DNA of 64,000 bases, from NCBI GenBank assembly GCA_024276495.1, contig JAJRXC010000023.1:3484-67483 (forward strand). The letters run 5' to 3'. Shown piece by piece: positions 55,212-63,880 of this stretch. The position numbers and the translations under genes are program-made. Below the pieces are notes generated by a model. That model had not been told where the DNA came from and made no database searches. It saw nothing but the letters and a program-made list of their open reading frames with translations. Origin of the DNA: Actinomycetes bacterium. GTDB lineage: Bacteria; Actinomycetota; Acidimicrobiia; Acidimicrobiales; Aldehydirespiratoraceae. How positions within the stretch are numbered: position 1 is the first letter of the stretch; every line of letters begins with the position of its first letter.

Positions 55212-55469
55212 GCGCCTAGAGACCTTCTCGCTGCTCCCGCGCCAGGGCAGACAAAACCGCCCCGACGCCTTGTCCCGACTGATCAAGCCCGAGCTTCTCG
55301 ACCCACGGACGTTCACGACCGTTTCGGGTCGTTCTTCGTCGTCTCGCGTCCAAAACGCGTCCAAGGCGTCGCCGAGCGCCTGCGTCCACTTTCCGCCTTA
55401 ACGCTTTGGGCCCGCGCCTAGGTGAGGTACTGTCCGTCGTTCAGACGTTGCGGCGGAACAGGGGCGAAG

Positions 55470-56384
55470 ATGTCGGATACGTCGCAAGGCCAAGGCTGGT
55501 GGCAGGCGACTGACGGGAAGTGGTACCCGCCGACCGAACAACCAGGCAAACAACTTCCGCCTCCGCCCTCGCGACCCACGCCGGTCGCTGTCCCGCCGGC
55601 CGCCCCCGCAGCTGAATCCGGCGGGAATCCACAGTGGGCGGCGGATCTACATCGGTCGCAGTTCGGTTGGCGCGTCGCGTTTCGAGTCCTCTGGTGGGTG
55701 ATTCTCTTCTGGATCGCAGTCCCGTGTTGGGCCGCCACGCTTCCGGACAAGCGTGCGCGCATAGGCGTCTGGATCGCGGTAGCCGTCCTGCTTCTTGCCG
55801 GCGCCCTATCGAACGCCGCCGATTCTGAAGCAGAGCCCGATGCCGCCACTGCCGACACTCCAGCGCCCGACACAGGCACGCCAAGCAGCTCAGGTTCAGC
55901 TTTGGCAGACAACCCGACCAGCACCACCACCACGACGGAGGAACCAGCCGCGACGACCTTCGCCCCACAAACATCAGCGGAGGCAACGACATCCACAGAG
56001 GCACCGGCCACATCGACAACACCCACTGAGCCGACTCGTGATCAGATCGACCAATGGTTCATCGACATGGGCGCTGAAAGCGCGAAGGTGCAGGGCTTCA
56101 TCGACAGCTACGATCGCCTGGAGACCCTCTCAGAGGCCCAGGTTCTGTGCCTGGCCGAAAGAGAGTTGTTCGATATTGAGCGCGTTCGCCAAGTCGCCGA
56201 GCGAGCGCCAACATCCACGATGGCCGAGTTCGGGGCCGGGTTGTTCGATGCCTTTGGCCGGTTCCTCGACGCGTGCGTCGCTGGCGACGCTCCCGCGATG
56301 AGCGCCGAGGTCGCCAACTACGGCGCCAACCTCCGCCACCTCATGGCCGAGGGGGATGCGTGGATTGAAGAGCTCTCCGGCTAG
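55470..56384 (+). CDS. hypothetical membrane protein with N-terminal GWWQATDGKWYPP (DUF2510-like) motif
   Basis: Start MSDTSQGQGWW at 55470; Pro-rich linker, two TM segments, T/S/P-rich region, C-terminal helical domain. Confidence 0.55.
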   Translation: MSDTSQGQGWWQATDGKWYPPTEQPGKQLPPPPSRPTPVAVPPAAPAAESGGNPQWAADLHRSQFGWRVAFRVLWWVILFWIAVPCWAATLPDKRARIGVWIAVAVLLLAGALSNAADSEAEPDAATADTPAPDTGTPSSSGSALADNPTSTTTTTEEPAATTFAPQTSAEATTSTEAPATSTTPTEPTRDQIDQWFIDMGAESAKVQGFIDSYDRLETLSEAQVLCLAERELFDIERVRQVAERAPTSTMAEFGAGLFDAFGRFLDACVAGDAPAMSAEVANYGANLRHLMAEGDAWIEELSG

Positions 56385-56499
56385 AGAACCAACGTAGGAC
56401 GTGCGTTCCTGAGGAAGAACGGGTCGTACAGCGTCGCTGCACGACCGTAGATCCTTGTCGGCCTCAAGTCGGCGAACCTCTCTGGCCCGATGGGGCGAC

Positions 56500-56826
56500 C
56501 TACATGATCCGTTGCCGACGCCGGTCGAGTATCTGACGTTCGGCGAGCGAGAAGCCGCGGAAGGGAGCGAAGTAGGACTGCGATACCTCCGCGTCGATGC
56601 CGAAAGACTCCGTAGATCGCGTGAAGTCTCCACCGTGAATGCGACTGGCGATGAGATGAGCGACTGCGTCTAGGTCGCGGGGCCAGTCCTCGTCGTCTAT
56701 CTCTGGACAGCCGACCCCTCTCGTGTAGGAGCGGATGAGCGCTCGGGCAAGCGACAGCTCCGCCGCGGAATACGCGGTCGACGTACCGAATTCGTGGCGA
56801 AGATCGAACGCGTCGAGAGCAGCCAC
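56500..56826 (-). CDS. phage head-tail connector (gp6-like adaptor) candidate
   Basis: 108 aa immediately downstream of the capsid gene; size, position and AELSLARALIRSYT-type N-terminal helix typical of gp6-like adaptors. Confidence 0.5.
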   Translation of the reverse strand: MAALDAFDLRHEFGTSTAYSAAELSLARALIRSYTRGVGCPEIDDEDWPRDLDAVAHLIASRIHGGDFTRSTESFGIDAEVSQSYFAPFRGFSLAERQILDRRRQRIM

Positions 56827-56831
56827 AACTA

Positions 56832-57713
56832 TCAGCCGGTGATGCCGCGGAGCATGACCACGGCGGCAGGGTTGAGCGATGCAACGTCGTAGCGGGCAAC
56901 GACTCGGATGGCTTGCTGGTCGTAGTCGCCGAACGTTTGGTCGAGGATCTTCACCGACGGGGATAGGTCACGGGCGACGGCGATCTGGGAGAAGTCGGCG
57001 AGCACGATCTCGGACTCGTCGGAACCTGCGCCGCCGTCGATCGGAAGTCGATTGGTGATGGTCACCGGCAGGCCGAGAAGTTGGAACGCGCCCTCGCGGG
57101 TGGGGTCGGGCTGGAGTTGGTAACGGTCCTGGAGGTCTTTGATCTTGCGAAGGTTGACGAAGTCCCGAGAGGGCATGAGCCACCGCATCCGTTCGGCATC
57201 CGCGTTCGATCCCATCGCGAGGCCGACGGCGTCGTGCAGGTCGTCGAGGGCGATCACGCCGACGCCGGTCAGCTCTTGGGTGCCGGTCCAGTTCACGATC
57301 CCTTCTGGTTCGGTGCCGGATGGGGTGCCGCCGTCCCCGGTCAGGAACGCCTGATCGATCTGAGACGCAACGTCGCGCACCATCCGGTCCCGCAACGCGG
57401 CTTCGAGAGCGACGACGGACTGGCGGGCCAGCTCGTTGCTGAACCGGGTCAGTGACTTCACGGATTTCAGCGTCGAGGGCAACAGCGTGATCTCGCCGAA
57501 ACCGGCGTCCACTTCGTCGATCAACTCGTTCTCGCCGTGCCACGACGGCGTCGTCATCGACGTGAGCTTCGGCACCCGAACCGGGGAACCGTCCGTGTCG
57601 AAGATCCGCGGCCCCGCAGCGAGGAACACGCTCGCTGTCTCCAACGGTTGGACAAGTATCGCCTGAACCTGCTCTTGCGTCAGTTCTGCGGCGGTGGTGG
57701 TATCTGCGGCCAT
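56832..57713 (-). CDS. phage major capsid protein, HK97 fold
   Basis: 293 aa; HK97-family pattern (...TLLPSTLKSVKSLTRFSNELARQS...DQAFLTGDG...RYQLQPDPT...LLGLPV...). Confidence 0.85.
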   Translation of the reverse strand: MAADTTTAAELTQEQVQAILVQPLETASVFLAAGPRIFDTDGSPVRVPKLTSMTTPSWHGENELIDEVDAGFGEITLLPSTLKSVKSLTRFSNELARQSVVALEAALRDRMVRDVASQIDQAFLTGDGGTPSGTEPEGIVNWTGTQELTGVGVIALDDLHDAVGLAMGSNADAERMRWLMPSRDFVNLRKIKDLQDRYQLQPDPTREGAFQLLGLPVTITNRLPIDGGAGSDESEIVLADFSQIAVARDLSPSVKILDQTFGDYDQQAIRVVARYDVASLNPAAVVMLRGITG

Positions 57714-57853
57714 TGGCCCTCCAAGGTCTCGAACGGATCATCTCGTTCGCCTTGGCCGCCAGGGCCTCGCAGCGTCTCGTCGGCACCAGGCCGACCCGTG
57801 TGATTATATCTCCTAGAAGGTCAGGCGCTTGTCCATAGAGCAGGAGCGGGGCG

Positions 57854-58567
57854 TTGAAGGACGTACGGGTAGACCGCGAGGGAGACTTCCGATGCTGGAA
57901 ATGCGGAGGCAAGAACTTTCTCGCTAAGCGGACAGGGCGGGCGCACGTCCTTGGCTACGTCACAGTTGGAATCGGGGCGCTGGCCACTCAGAAGAAGCTG
58001 AAATGCCAGGGGTGCGGCAGCTACAACCAGGTCGGCAACGCCAAGCCCTACGTTCGCGACCTTCCGAAACCAAGAGGGATCATCAAGGACACTAAGCCGA
58101 TGAACAAGGTCATTGACCCGGAACTCGTTGGGATCACTCCGGACGACCCAGCCTGGACCCGCGGTATGTCAGACGAAGAGATCCGCGTCATGAACGAACG
58201 CAGGCTTCCGGCCGCTACTCCCAGCCCTGGCCCGGATTCCACGCCTGACGATACGGCGACCGAAGGAAAGTGCTGCCCATTCTGCGCTGAGACGATCAAG
58301 GCCGCCGCCATCAAGTGCAAGCATTGCGGGGAGTTCCTCGCCGACTCGACGAAGTCAGAGTTCGATGTTGTGCTCGTGAGCGCCGGAGAGAATAAGATCC
58401 AGGTCATCAAGGAACTCCGAAGTCTCGTTCCCAACCTCGGCCTCAGAGAGGCAAAGGATCTCGTCGACCATGCCCCGACTCCGGTGGCGCTCGGTCTTCC
58501 CGAGGGTTCGGCCGAGCGCCTCAAACTCTTGCTGGAACATCACGGCGCGATCATCGAATTGCGATAG
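57854..58567 (+). CDS. zinc-ribbon protein fused to ribosomal protein L7/L12 C-terminal domain
   Basis: TTG start with AGGAG RBS. Two CxxC...CxxC ribbons (CWKCG...CQGCG; CPFCA...CKHCG). The C-terminal 70 aa EFDVVLVSAGENKIQVIKELRSLVPNLGLREAKDLVDHAPTPVALGLPEGSAERLKLLLEHHGAIIELR align with the bL12 CTD. Confidence 0.75.
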   Translation: MKDVRVDREGDFRCWKCGGKNFLAKRTGRAHVLGYVTVGIGALATQKKLKCQGCGSYNQVGNAKPYVRDLPKPRGIIKDTKPMNKVIDPELVGITPDDPAWTRGMSDEEIRVMNERRLPAATPSPGPDSTPDDTATEGKCCPFCAETIKAAAIKCKHCGEFLADSTKSEFDVVLVSAGENKIQVIKELRSLVPNLGLREAKDLVDHAPTPVALGLPEGSAERLKLLLEHHGAIIELR

Positions 58568-58597
58568 CCCGATTGCCCCTGAGGCGAAAGTTCTCGA

Positions 58598-59032
58598 CTA
58601 CCCAGCCATGCGACGAAGCGTCCCAGCAAGATCGACGTGCGCCACCGGGTGGCCCTGGCTGCCCTGGTCGATGTCGCCTCGGGGTCGGACGGCGAGGTGG
58701 GGCTTGGCTGCGACGAGGCTGTCGGCCGCGGCGCGTATCGCTGCGGCGTTGGGGAGGCCGTCGTCGTCGAGCAGGGTCGCTGGGTCGGTGAGGTCGAGGA
58801 GGTCAGCCGGGTCGGCAAGGACGCCGTTGAGGGTCGTTCTGAGGGTGAGGTCGAGGAGTCGATCGGCGAGGAGGTCGGCCCGCTTGGCCTTCACCCGGGC
58901 TTCGGCCGCTTCGGATCGGAGCTGTGCGACGTACTCCCGCGGGAACGTCTCGGGCGCATCATCGACGTTCTTGTCGCCGTCGACGGGCTCGTCGCTGGTC
59001 TGGTCGTCGTCGGTGGCTGGGTTGTCGGTCAC
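58598..59032 (-). CDS. phage scaffolding protein candidate
   Basis: GTG at 59032 (GAGGAGA RBS, GTGA overlap with MuF stop); acidic N-terminus then coiled-coil EYVAQLRSEAAEARVKAKRADLLADRL; located between the MuF and capsid genes. Confidence 0.6.
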   Translation of the reverse strand: MTDNPATDDDQTSDEPVDGDKNVDDAPETFPREYVAQLRSEAAEARVKAKRADLLADRLLDLTLRTTLNGVLADPADLLDLTDPATLLDDDGLPNAAAIRAAADSLVAAKPHLAVRPRGDIDQGSQGHPVAHVDLAGTLRRMAG

Positions 59033-59604
59033 TGTAGGTCTCCTCGTAGAACAGGCCCGGGCACGCACGCGCATCCAGGGTGGGAAAACATGTCGGTGTC
59101 GGGCGGCAGGATCGGGCCGAGTAGCGACGTGCAGAGCTTGCAGGGATTTTCGTCGGGAACTCGGGTCCAGCCGACGACCTGGCCCGAGCGGGCCATGGCC
59201 GCGGTCATCGTTGCTCGACCGGCCGACGCGGATTCGTGCTGCACGATGCGGCGCACGGACGCGGCTGCCTGTTCGGCCTCACGAACGAGGGCGGTTTCGA
59301 ACGCGGCGGAGAGACGATCGGCGTCGAGTTCGCTTCCGATGCCGAACGCGGCGACCACGGTGCCGGTCTCGGCTGCGAGTAGATCGAGAAGCGTTCTTTC
59401 GGCGCGGATAGCTTGACGGCGCGCCGACGCCAGGAGTACGCCGATGAACACGTCGATTGTGTCGTCTTCGTCGAGGTCATCGAGATCGAGGGTGCGCAGC
59501 GCGGCCGCGACGGCTGCTTCGGCCTCCTTGGCGAGGGCGTCCTGCCACCGGCGCAGAAGAGCCGTCCCTGCCCGCGACAGGCCGGGGTCGGTCGCGGTCG
59601 TCAC
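59029..59604 (-). CDS. phage minor head protein, MuF / SPP1 gp7 family
   Basis: 191 aa; C-terminal PCKLC...SHPGCACVP matches the C-x2-C...H-P-x-C-x-C motif of the family; follows portal. Confidence 0.7.
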   Translation of the reverse strand: MTTATDPGLSRAGTALLRRWQDALAKEAEAAVAAALRTLDLDDLDEDDTIDVFIGVLLASARRQAIRAERTLLDLLAAETGTVVAAFGIGSELDADRLSAAFETALVREAEQAAASVRRIVQHESASAGRATMTAAMARSGQVVGWTRVPDENPCKLCTSLLGPILPPDTDMFSHPGCACVPGPVLRGDLQ

Positions 59605-60920
59605 GAGATCGCTCCGAGGTCGATGCCGAGGCTGTCGAGGGTTTCAGCGCGGCGAGAAGCGCGCATGGCCTCGATCTGTTGCGGGCTGTAGCCGAGGTCT
59701 TCGGCGAGTTGCGCGAACGGGATCCCGATGTCGGCCTTCTTGAGCGCGGCGTCGGCCGCTTGTGCGACCGTCGGGGTTTCCGGGTCACGCCACACGGTTT
59801 CGAGCCGGTCGAGGCCATGGTGTCCGTCGCGGACCAGCATCGCGAGGCGCATGGCGTCTTCCCATCCTCCGCCGAAGATGCGTTGGCGACGACGAACTTT
59901 TTGCACGAGCCCGGCCTCGGCGGCTCGGATGGCGTCGGCGGAGGCGGGCTGGTCCCGTTGCAGGCCGAGGTACGCGGGAGGGGTGGAGGTCAGCGACGCG
60001 ATCTGGCGGCTGATCTGATCAAGCGCCGCGATGTAGCCGGACAGGTCGGCTTCGGGAAATTGGCCGAATTTCGATTCGGGTGACTCGCTGAGCCAGACGC
60101 GGCCAGCGATTTGGGAGAAGGTGGCGAGTTCGTTGCCGTCGTCGTCGACCGGTAGATCGACACCGGTCATCCATCGCCGCGGCATCGACGCGAATTCCGA
60201 CGACGTGAGGAGATCGGTCGCCAGCTTCGCGGATGCGTCGATGAGCGATATGACTTCGTCGAACTCGGGTCGGCCGTCGAGGTCATCGAGCGATGGCCGG
60301 TTCGCGAACGCGACGACCGGGGTGAGCCCGAGCGGGTTCTCGATCGGATCGCTTCGTTGAGTCCACGCGCTCGCGCTCAACGGTGCGGGACCGTCTGGCA
60401 CCTTCGATTTGGTCTGCCACCGCGTGATCACATCGGGTCCGTACACGGTCGCATACCCGCGCTGCTCTGCCTGGTCGGTCCAAATCTTCAGTGCGACACG
60501 TACGGCGCCGGTGGCCGGGTCGCGATCGGTGATCATCTGCGTCGGCGACTCAGGCCGGATCGTCGGCTGGCCGTCAGCGTCAGCCCACACGCTCACGTAG
60601 GCCCGACCGTGGATAAGCGCCGACTGGTGAACCAGCTGCGATGCCTCATCGAGGGAGTTCGACTGCCAAAAGTCCCACAGGTCATCGACGGCGTCCTCGC
60701 CGACCCGAAACCCGGATACGTCGAGTCGTTGCTCGACCGCCGACACGATCAGCGACGCCCACGCCGGGATCACCGGGAACAAGACCGGCCGAGCCGTCTT
60801 GATTTCCGAAGGCAGCAGCCCGGTCGGCAGACGGCCGTCGTGGTACTTCCGGGCCCGGGCGAGCGCACCCTGCGCCTCGCTCAGCCGCGTTCCGAGCCGT
60901 TCGATCGCCTCAGCCGTCAT
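59601..60920 (-). CDS. phage portal protein (SPP1 gp6-like)
   Basis: Start MTAEAIERL at 60920 (ATGA overlap with TerL stop); about 440 aa; portal-family pattern and position. Confidence 0.85.
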   Translation of the reverse strand: MTAEAIERLGTRLSEAQGALARARKYHDGRLPTGLLPSEIKTARPVLFPVIPAWASLIVSAVEQRLDVSGFRVGEDAVDDLWDFWQSNSLDEASQLVHQSALIHGRAYVSVWADADGQPTIRPESPTQMITDRDPATGAVRVALKIWTDQAEQRGYATVYGPDVITRWQTKSKVPDGPAPLSASAWTQRSDPIENPLGLTPVVAFANRPSLDDLDGRPEFDEVISLIDASAKLATDLLTSSEFASMPRRWMTGVDLPVDDDGNELATFSQIAGRVWLSESPESKFGQFPEADLSGYIAALDQISRQIASLTSTPPAYLGLQRDQPASADAIRAAEAGLVQKVRRRQRIFGGGWEDAMRLAMLVRDGHHGLDRLETVWRDPETPTVAQAADAALKKADIGIPFAQLAEDLGYSPQQIEAMRASRRAETLDSLGIDLGAIS

Positions 60921-62368
60921 CCGATCACCACCATCTTCCTGGAGCGCTTCGCCCCGTTCTGCGCATGCCACGCGGCGCGGTCGAACGCGATGACCGCGCT
61001 GACCGCTGCGTCTATCTTTCGACGACTGTTCTTGCGTTCTTTGGTGATCAGGTCGCCGTGGGCAGTCGACTTCGCCACCGCGTTGCGCATGTGCGTCGCC
61101 AGGACCTGATCGCCGTCATGGGAAACGGTGCCCTCAGAGATCGCAGCGAACAACCGGTCGCACGCCGGCCCCATTCTCGATGGGATATTCGTCGGCAGCT
61201 CGAGAACACGACCGGGCCAGCGTCGGCCCCACTCCTCGATCTCGCTCCGCCAACCCCACGGATCGCAGCTCAACTCGCGCACGTCGAAAGTCTCCATCAC
61301 TTCAGTCACACGATCATCGACATCGGCTCTCGGAACCCGCCACCGAGGATCGTTCGGGGCTTGCCAAGCACCGAGCATGAACAGATGCGGATCGTCGATC
61401 GTGCACCCAACCAGAGTCGTGCTGTCGCCGGACGCTGATCCGTCGAACGCGACCGTGATCGGCCCCTCAATCATCCGTGACGGGTCGGCCAGCGGCTCCC
61501 ACACACCCCACGGCAGCCAAGCATCGAGCACGCCGGTCCACTCGTTCATGTGGTAGCGGCGAAAGACCGCCTCGCGGGTTGTCTCGACGACGGTGCGGAG
61601 ATGCTCGACCGCCAAAATGTCGCCAAGGCCGGGATTGGCTGCTGCCCACGCCGACTCATCACGCACGTCCGCTCCGGGCGGAGCTGACCATTCCCACAAC
61701 CGAATCGACGCGTCACCAGCGCGTCCCTTCTCCAGCAGACGCCAGAGAAGCGAGTCGCGATCGCCGCCCGCTGTCGTCAACCCGAGGATCAGCGGAGCCG
61801 GTCGCGTCCCGGTCGCGAGGGCCATGGCGTCCCACACGGCCTCGTCGACTTCGTGAACTTCGTCAGCAATCGCCATGGTCGGATTGCGGCCCTGCAACCG
61901 AGCGGCCGTCGCCGGGAGCACCTCCAACGACGACCCCGAAGCCGGATGCAGAATCCGCTTCTGGAAGACCTGACAGCAGCCGAACAGCCGGGCGTCGAGT
62001 TCGACCATCCGAGCACACGTATCGAACAGATGCTTCGCCGTGCGTTCATCGGTCGACACAATCACCACCGACCGGCCCTCGCCCTGCTCCGCATCGGCAA
62101 ACAAGCCGAACAACGCCAGACACGCCGCGAGCCCTGACTTGCCGTTCTTGCGGCCCATCGTGATCAACGCCTGCCGAGGCCGATCATCAAACAAACCCCG
62201 CACAATGTCGACCTGCCAGTCACGCAGCCGCAACCGCTCCCCCGCCTCCAGACTATGCGGCAACCGACAAAACTCAGCAACGAAACCGAGCACACGATCC
62301 GCCCCACCCGCCGGAAGTGCCGACAAATCGAGCGATTCGACCGGATCGACCTTCGGACCCGCCCTCAT
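60917..62368 (-). CDS. phage terminase large subunit
   Basis: Start MRAGPKVD at 62368 (GGAGG RBS, ATGA overlap with HNH stop); Walker A-like GRKNGKSG, IADEVHE Walker B, C-terminal nuclease region. Confidence 0.9.
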   Translation of the reverse strand: MRAGPKVDPVESLDLSALPAGGADRVLGFVAEFCRLPHSLEAGERLRLRDWQVDIVRGLFDDRPRQALITMGRKNGKSGLAACLALFGLFADAEQGEGRSVVIVSTDERTAKHLFDTCARMVELDARLFGCCQVFQKRILHPASGSSLEVLPATAARLQGRNPTMAIADEVHEVDEAVWDAMALATGTRPAPLILGLTTAGGDRDSLLWRLLEKGRAGDASIRLWEWSAPPGADVRDESAWAAANPGLGDILAVEHLRTVVETTREAVFRRYHMNEWTGVLDAWLPWGVWEPLADPSRMIEGPITVAFDGSASGDSTTLVGCTIDDPHLFMLGAWQAPNDPRWRVPRADVDDRVTEVMETFDVRELSCDPWGWRSEIEEWGRRWPGRVLELPTNIPSRMGPACDRLFAAISEGTVSHDGDQVLATHMRNAVAKSTAHGDLITKERKNSRRKIDAAVSAVIAFDRAAWHAQNGAKRSRKMVVIG

Positions 62369-62742
62369 TCGACCTCCAGCCGAGTGTGTAATGCGGACCA
62401 AGGCTGAACGGCGGGTCTCAGGGCGGATCGGTTGAGGGTGTCCCCCCTGCCTTCGGGTGTGCGTGGCGTCGCTCCTCGTCGGCTGTTGCAGCTTCTGCAG
62501 ACGACTGCGAGATCGTCGAGGGAGCGGGCTGGCCAGCGGAGGTGGTCGGCGGTGAGGTCTTGGGTTGCTCCGCAGTCCTGGCACCACGGCTGAGAACGAC
62601 GAGCACGAACGCTGAGGCGTCGCCACCGGCTGCCGTATCCTCTGCTGGCTGCGGATGGTCGGCGATCTGGCAGGGCGCAGTCGACGCATCGGCTCGCGGT
62701 GGTCGGCTGGCCGCAGGCGAGGCAGGGCTTGCGGACCGTCAT
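62365..62742 (-). CDS. HNH endonuclease
   Basis: Start MTVRKPCLACG at 62742 (ATGA overlap with the upstream ORF); CxxC...CxxC zinc sites and DLTADHL...CRSCNSRRG HNH motif. Confidence 0.8.
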   Translation of the reverse strand: MTVRKPCLACGQPTTASRCVDCALPDRRPSAASRGYGSRWRRLSVRARRSQPWCQDCGATQDLTADHLRWPARSLDDLAVVCRSCNSRRGATPRTPEGRGDTLNRSALRPAVQPWSALHTRLEVE

Positions 62743-62993
62743 CGCGGCGGCCTTTCGTTGAGCCATGACTCAACTTGATCGCCGAGGTCGTGCTCCAGAG
62801 CGCGGTGGGCGAGCTCGATCAGGCCAGGCTCGACGGCCGCGTGCCCTTCGGGATCGTGGACCTTGCCCCAGTCGCGCACTTCGGCAAAGTCGACGGCCGC
62901 TCGACCGTGCACCAGCTCGAACGCGGCTTGGGCACCCAGGAGCCAGTGGGTCGCCCCTGCGGCAAGCGCCTCGGCGGCCGTATCGGCACTCAC
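62739..62993 (-). CDS. hypothetical phage protein (84 aa)
   Basis: GTG at 62993, GTGA overlap with the upstream ORF; translationally coupled in the packaging operon; no family recognised (small terminase not excluded). Confidence 0.45.
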   Translation of the reverse strand: MSADTAAEALAAGATHWLLGAQAAFELVHGRAAVDFAEVRDWGKVHDPEGHAAVEPGLIELAHRALEHDLGDQVESWLNERPPR

Positions 62994-63571
62994 TGCGCGT
63001 CCTCAAGGATTTGTGTCGCTTCCTCGACAACCTGTTCCCCAAGGTGTCGCTGTTGTAGCTCGCGATAGGCGAAAAGCCCAGGGACATACTTGGCGAACTC
63101 GGGATCGTTGGCCTGAAGCCACTGCAGAACCTCCCAGTCCCCAAGCGGCTCACGCGGGTAGACGGTGCAGAACGCGCGCCATCCGGCGATGACGTACGTG
63201 ACCGCGTCGAGGGCGGCCAGATGCATCGCATCTTCGGCTTCGGCGTTCTTGGACACAGTTCTCCCTATGGACGCACCGGAAGAGGTGTGCCCGTGGTCGG
63301 ATGTTCTTGGGGGTGTCTCACTCGCACTCGATCTCCCAACTGACCCCGTTACTCGGCCAGCCACAGCCCCTGTTTCGTCGGAAGGGATCAGATCCGTCGG
63401 CCGCTGGTCTCCGGCTCCCAGTGTTCCCGGCCTCGATGTCGAGGCTCGGTCGGTGAGCTGCTCCGGAGGGCGGAGGTGCCCCGTGAGGGGTCCGCATTCG
63501 TCCGCTGTGTCCCCGTTGAGGGTTGAGTGAGCAGATTTCGTCCAGCCCTGCTGGGGTTCCATGTCGTTCAC
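62990..63571 (-). CDS. hypothetical phage protein (start uncertain)
   Basis: 193-aa track ORF. The C-terminal about 80 aa (MHLAALDAVTYVIAGW...) look protein-like. The N-terminal half is low-complexity. GGAAGGTG RBS before the ATG at 63571. Confidence 0.4.
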   Translation of the reverse strand: MNDMEPQQGWTKSAHSTLNGDTADECGPLTGHLRPPEQLTDRASTSRPGTLGAGDQRPTDLIPSDETGAVAGRVTGSVGRSSASETPPRTSDHGHTSSGASIGRTVSKNAEAEDAMHLAALDAVTYVIAGWRAFCTVYPREPLGDWEVLQWLQANDPEFAKYVPGLFAYRELQQRHLGEQVVEEATQILEDAQ

Positions 63572-63676
63572 CTTCCGGACTAGGATTAGTTCCGGGCCTG
63601 GCCTCCGTTTCTTGATGGTTCGGGGATTTGGTCTTCACGGCTCCGGGAGTTGCTGCTCTCGGGGCCGTTCTGGTTC

Positions 63677-63880
63677 TCAGCGGCGATTTGCTGCCGCGTC
63701 GGCCTGGGCGCGCTCGTCGAGCCACGCCAGCACGTTCACCATTCGGAAGCGCACGTGCCGGCCGAGCTTCACTGCCGGAGGACCGGTGCCGCTGTAGCGC
63801 CACTCGTAGATCGTGGAGCGGGGCACGCCAAGCCACTCGGCTAGCTCGGCAGGGCTTAGAAACTCCTGGGGTGAGTCCAT
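63677..63880 (-). CDS. helix-turn-helix DNA-binding protein, excisionase (Xis/HTH_17) family
   Basis: Start MDSPQEFLSPAELAEWLGVPRSTIYEWRYSGTGPPAVKLGRHVRF at 63880 with GGGAGA RBS; classic excisionase-family winged HTH. Confidence 0.75.
   Translation of the reverse strand: MDSPQEFLSPAELAEWLGVPRSTIYEWRYSGTGPPAVKLGRHVRFRMVNVLAWLDERAQADAAANRR

Noticed and set aside
55141-55260. Full-length tRNA gene on the minus strand
   Set aside because: Only the anticodon-loop-to-3'-end part folds. Upstream sequence provides no CGGGCTG 5' acceptor strand, no D-arm and no complementary 5' anticodon stem. I call it a partial tRNA-Pro fragment instead.
55212-55420. 8-9-bp repeat GCGCCTAG at 55212 and 55409 as possible element terminal repeats
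   Set aside because: It is too short and contains a GC-rich palindrome (AGGCGCCT) likely to recur by chance in this genome. The tRNA fragment is the better att candidate.
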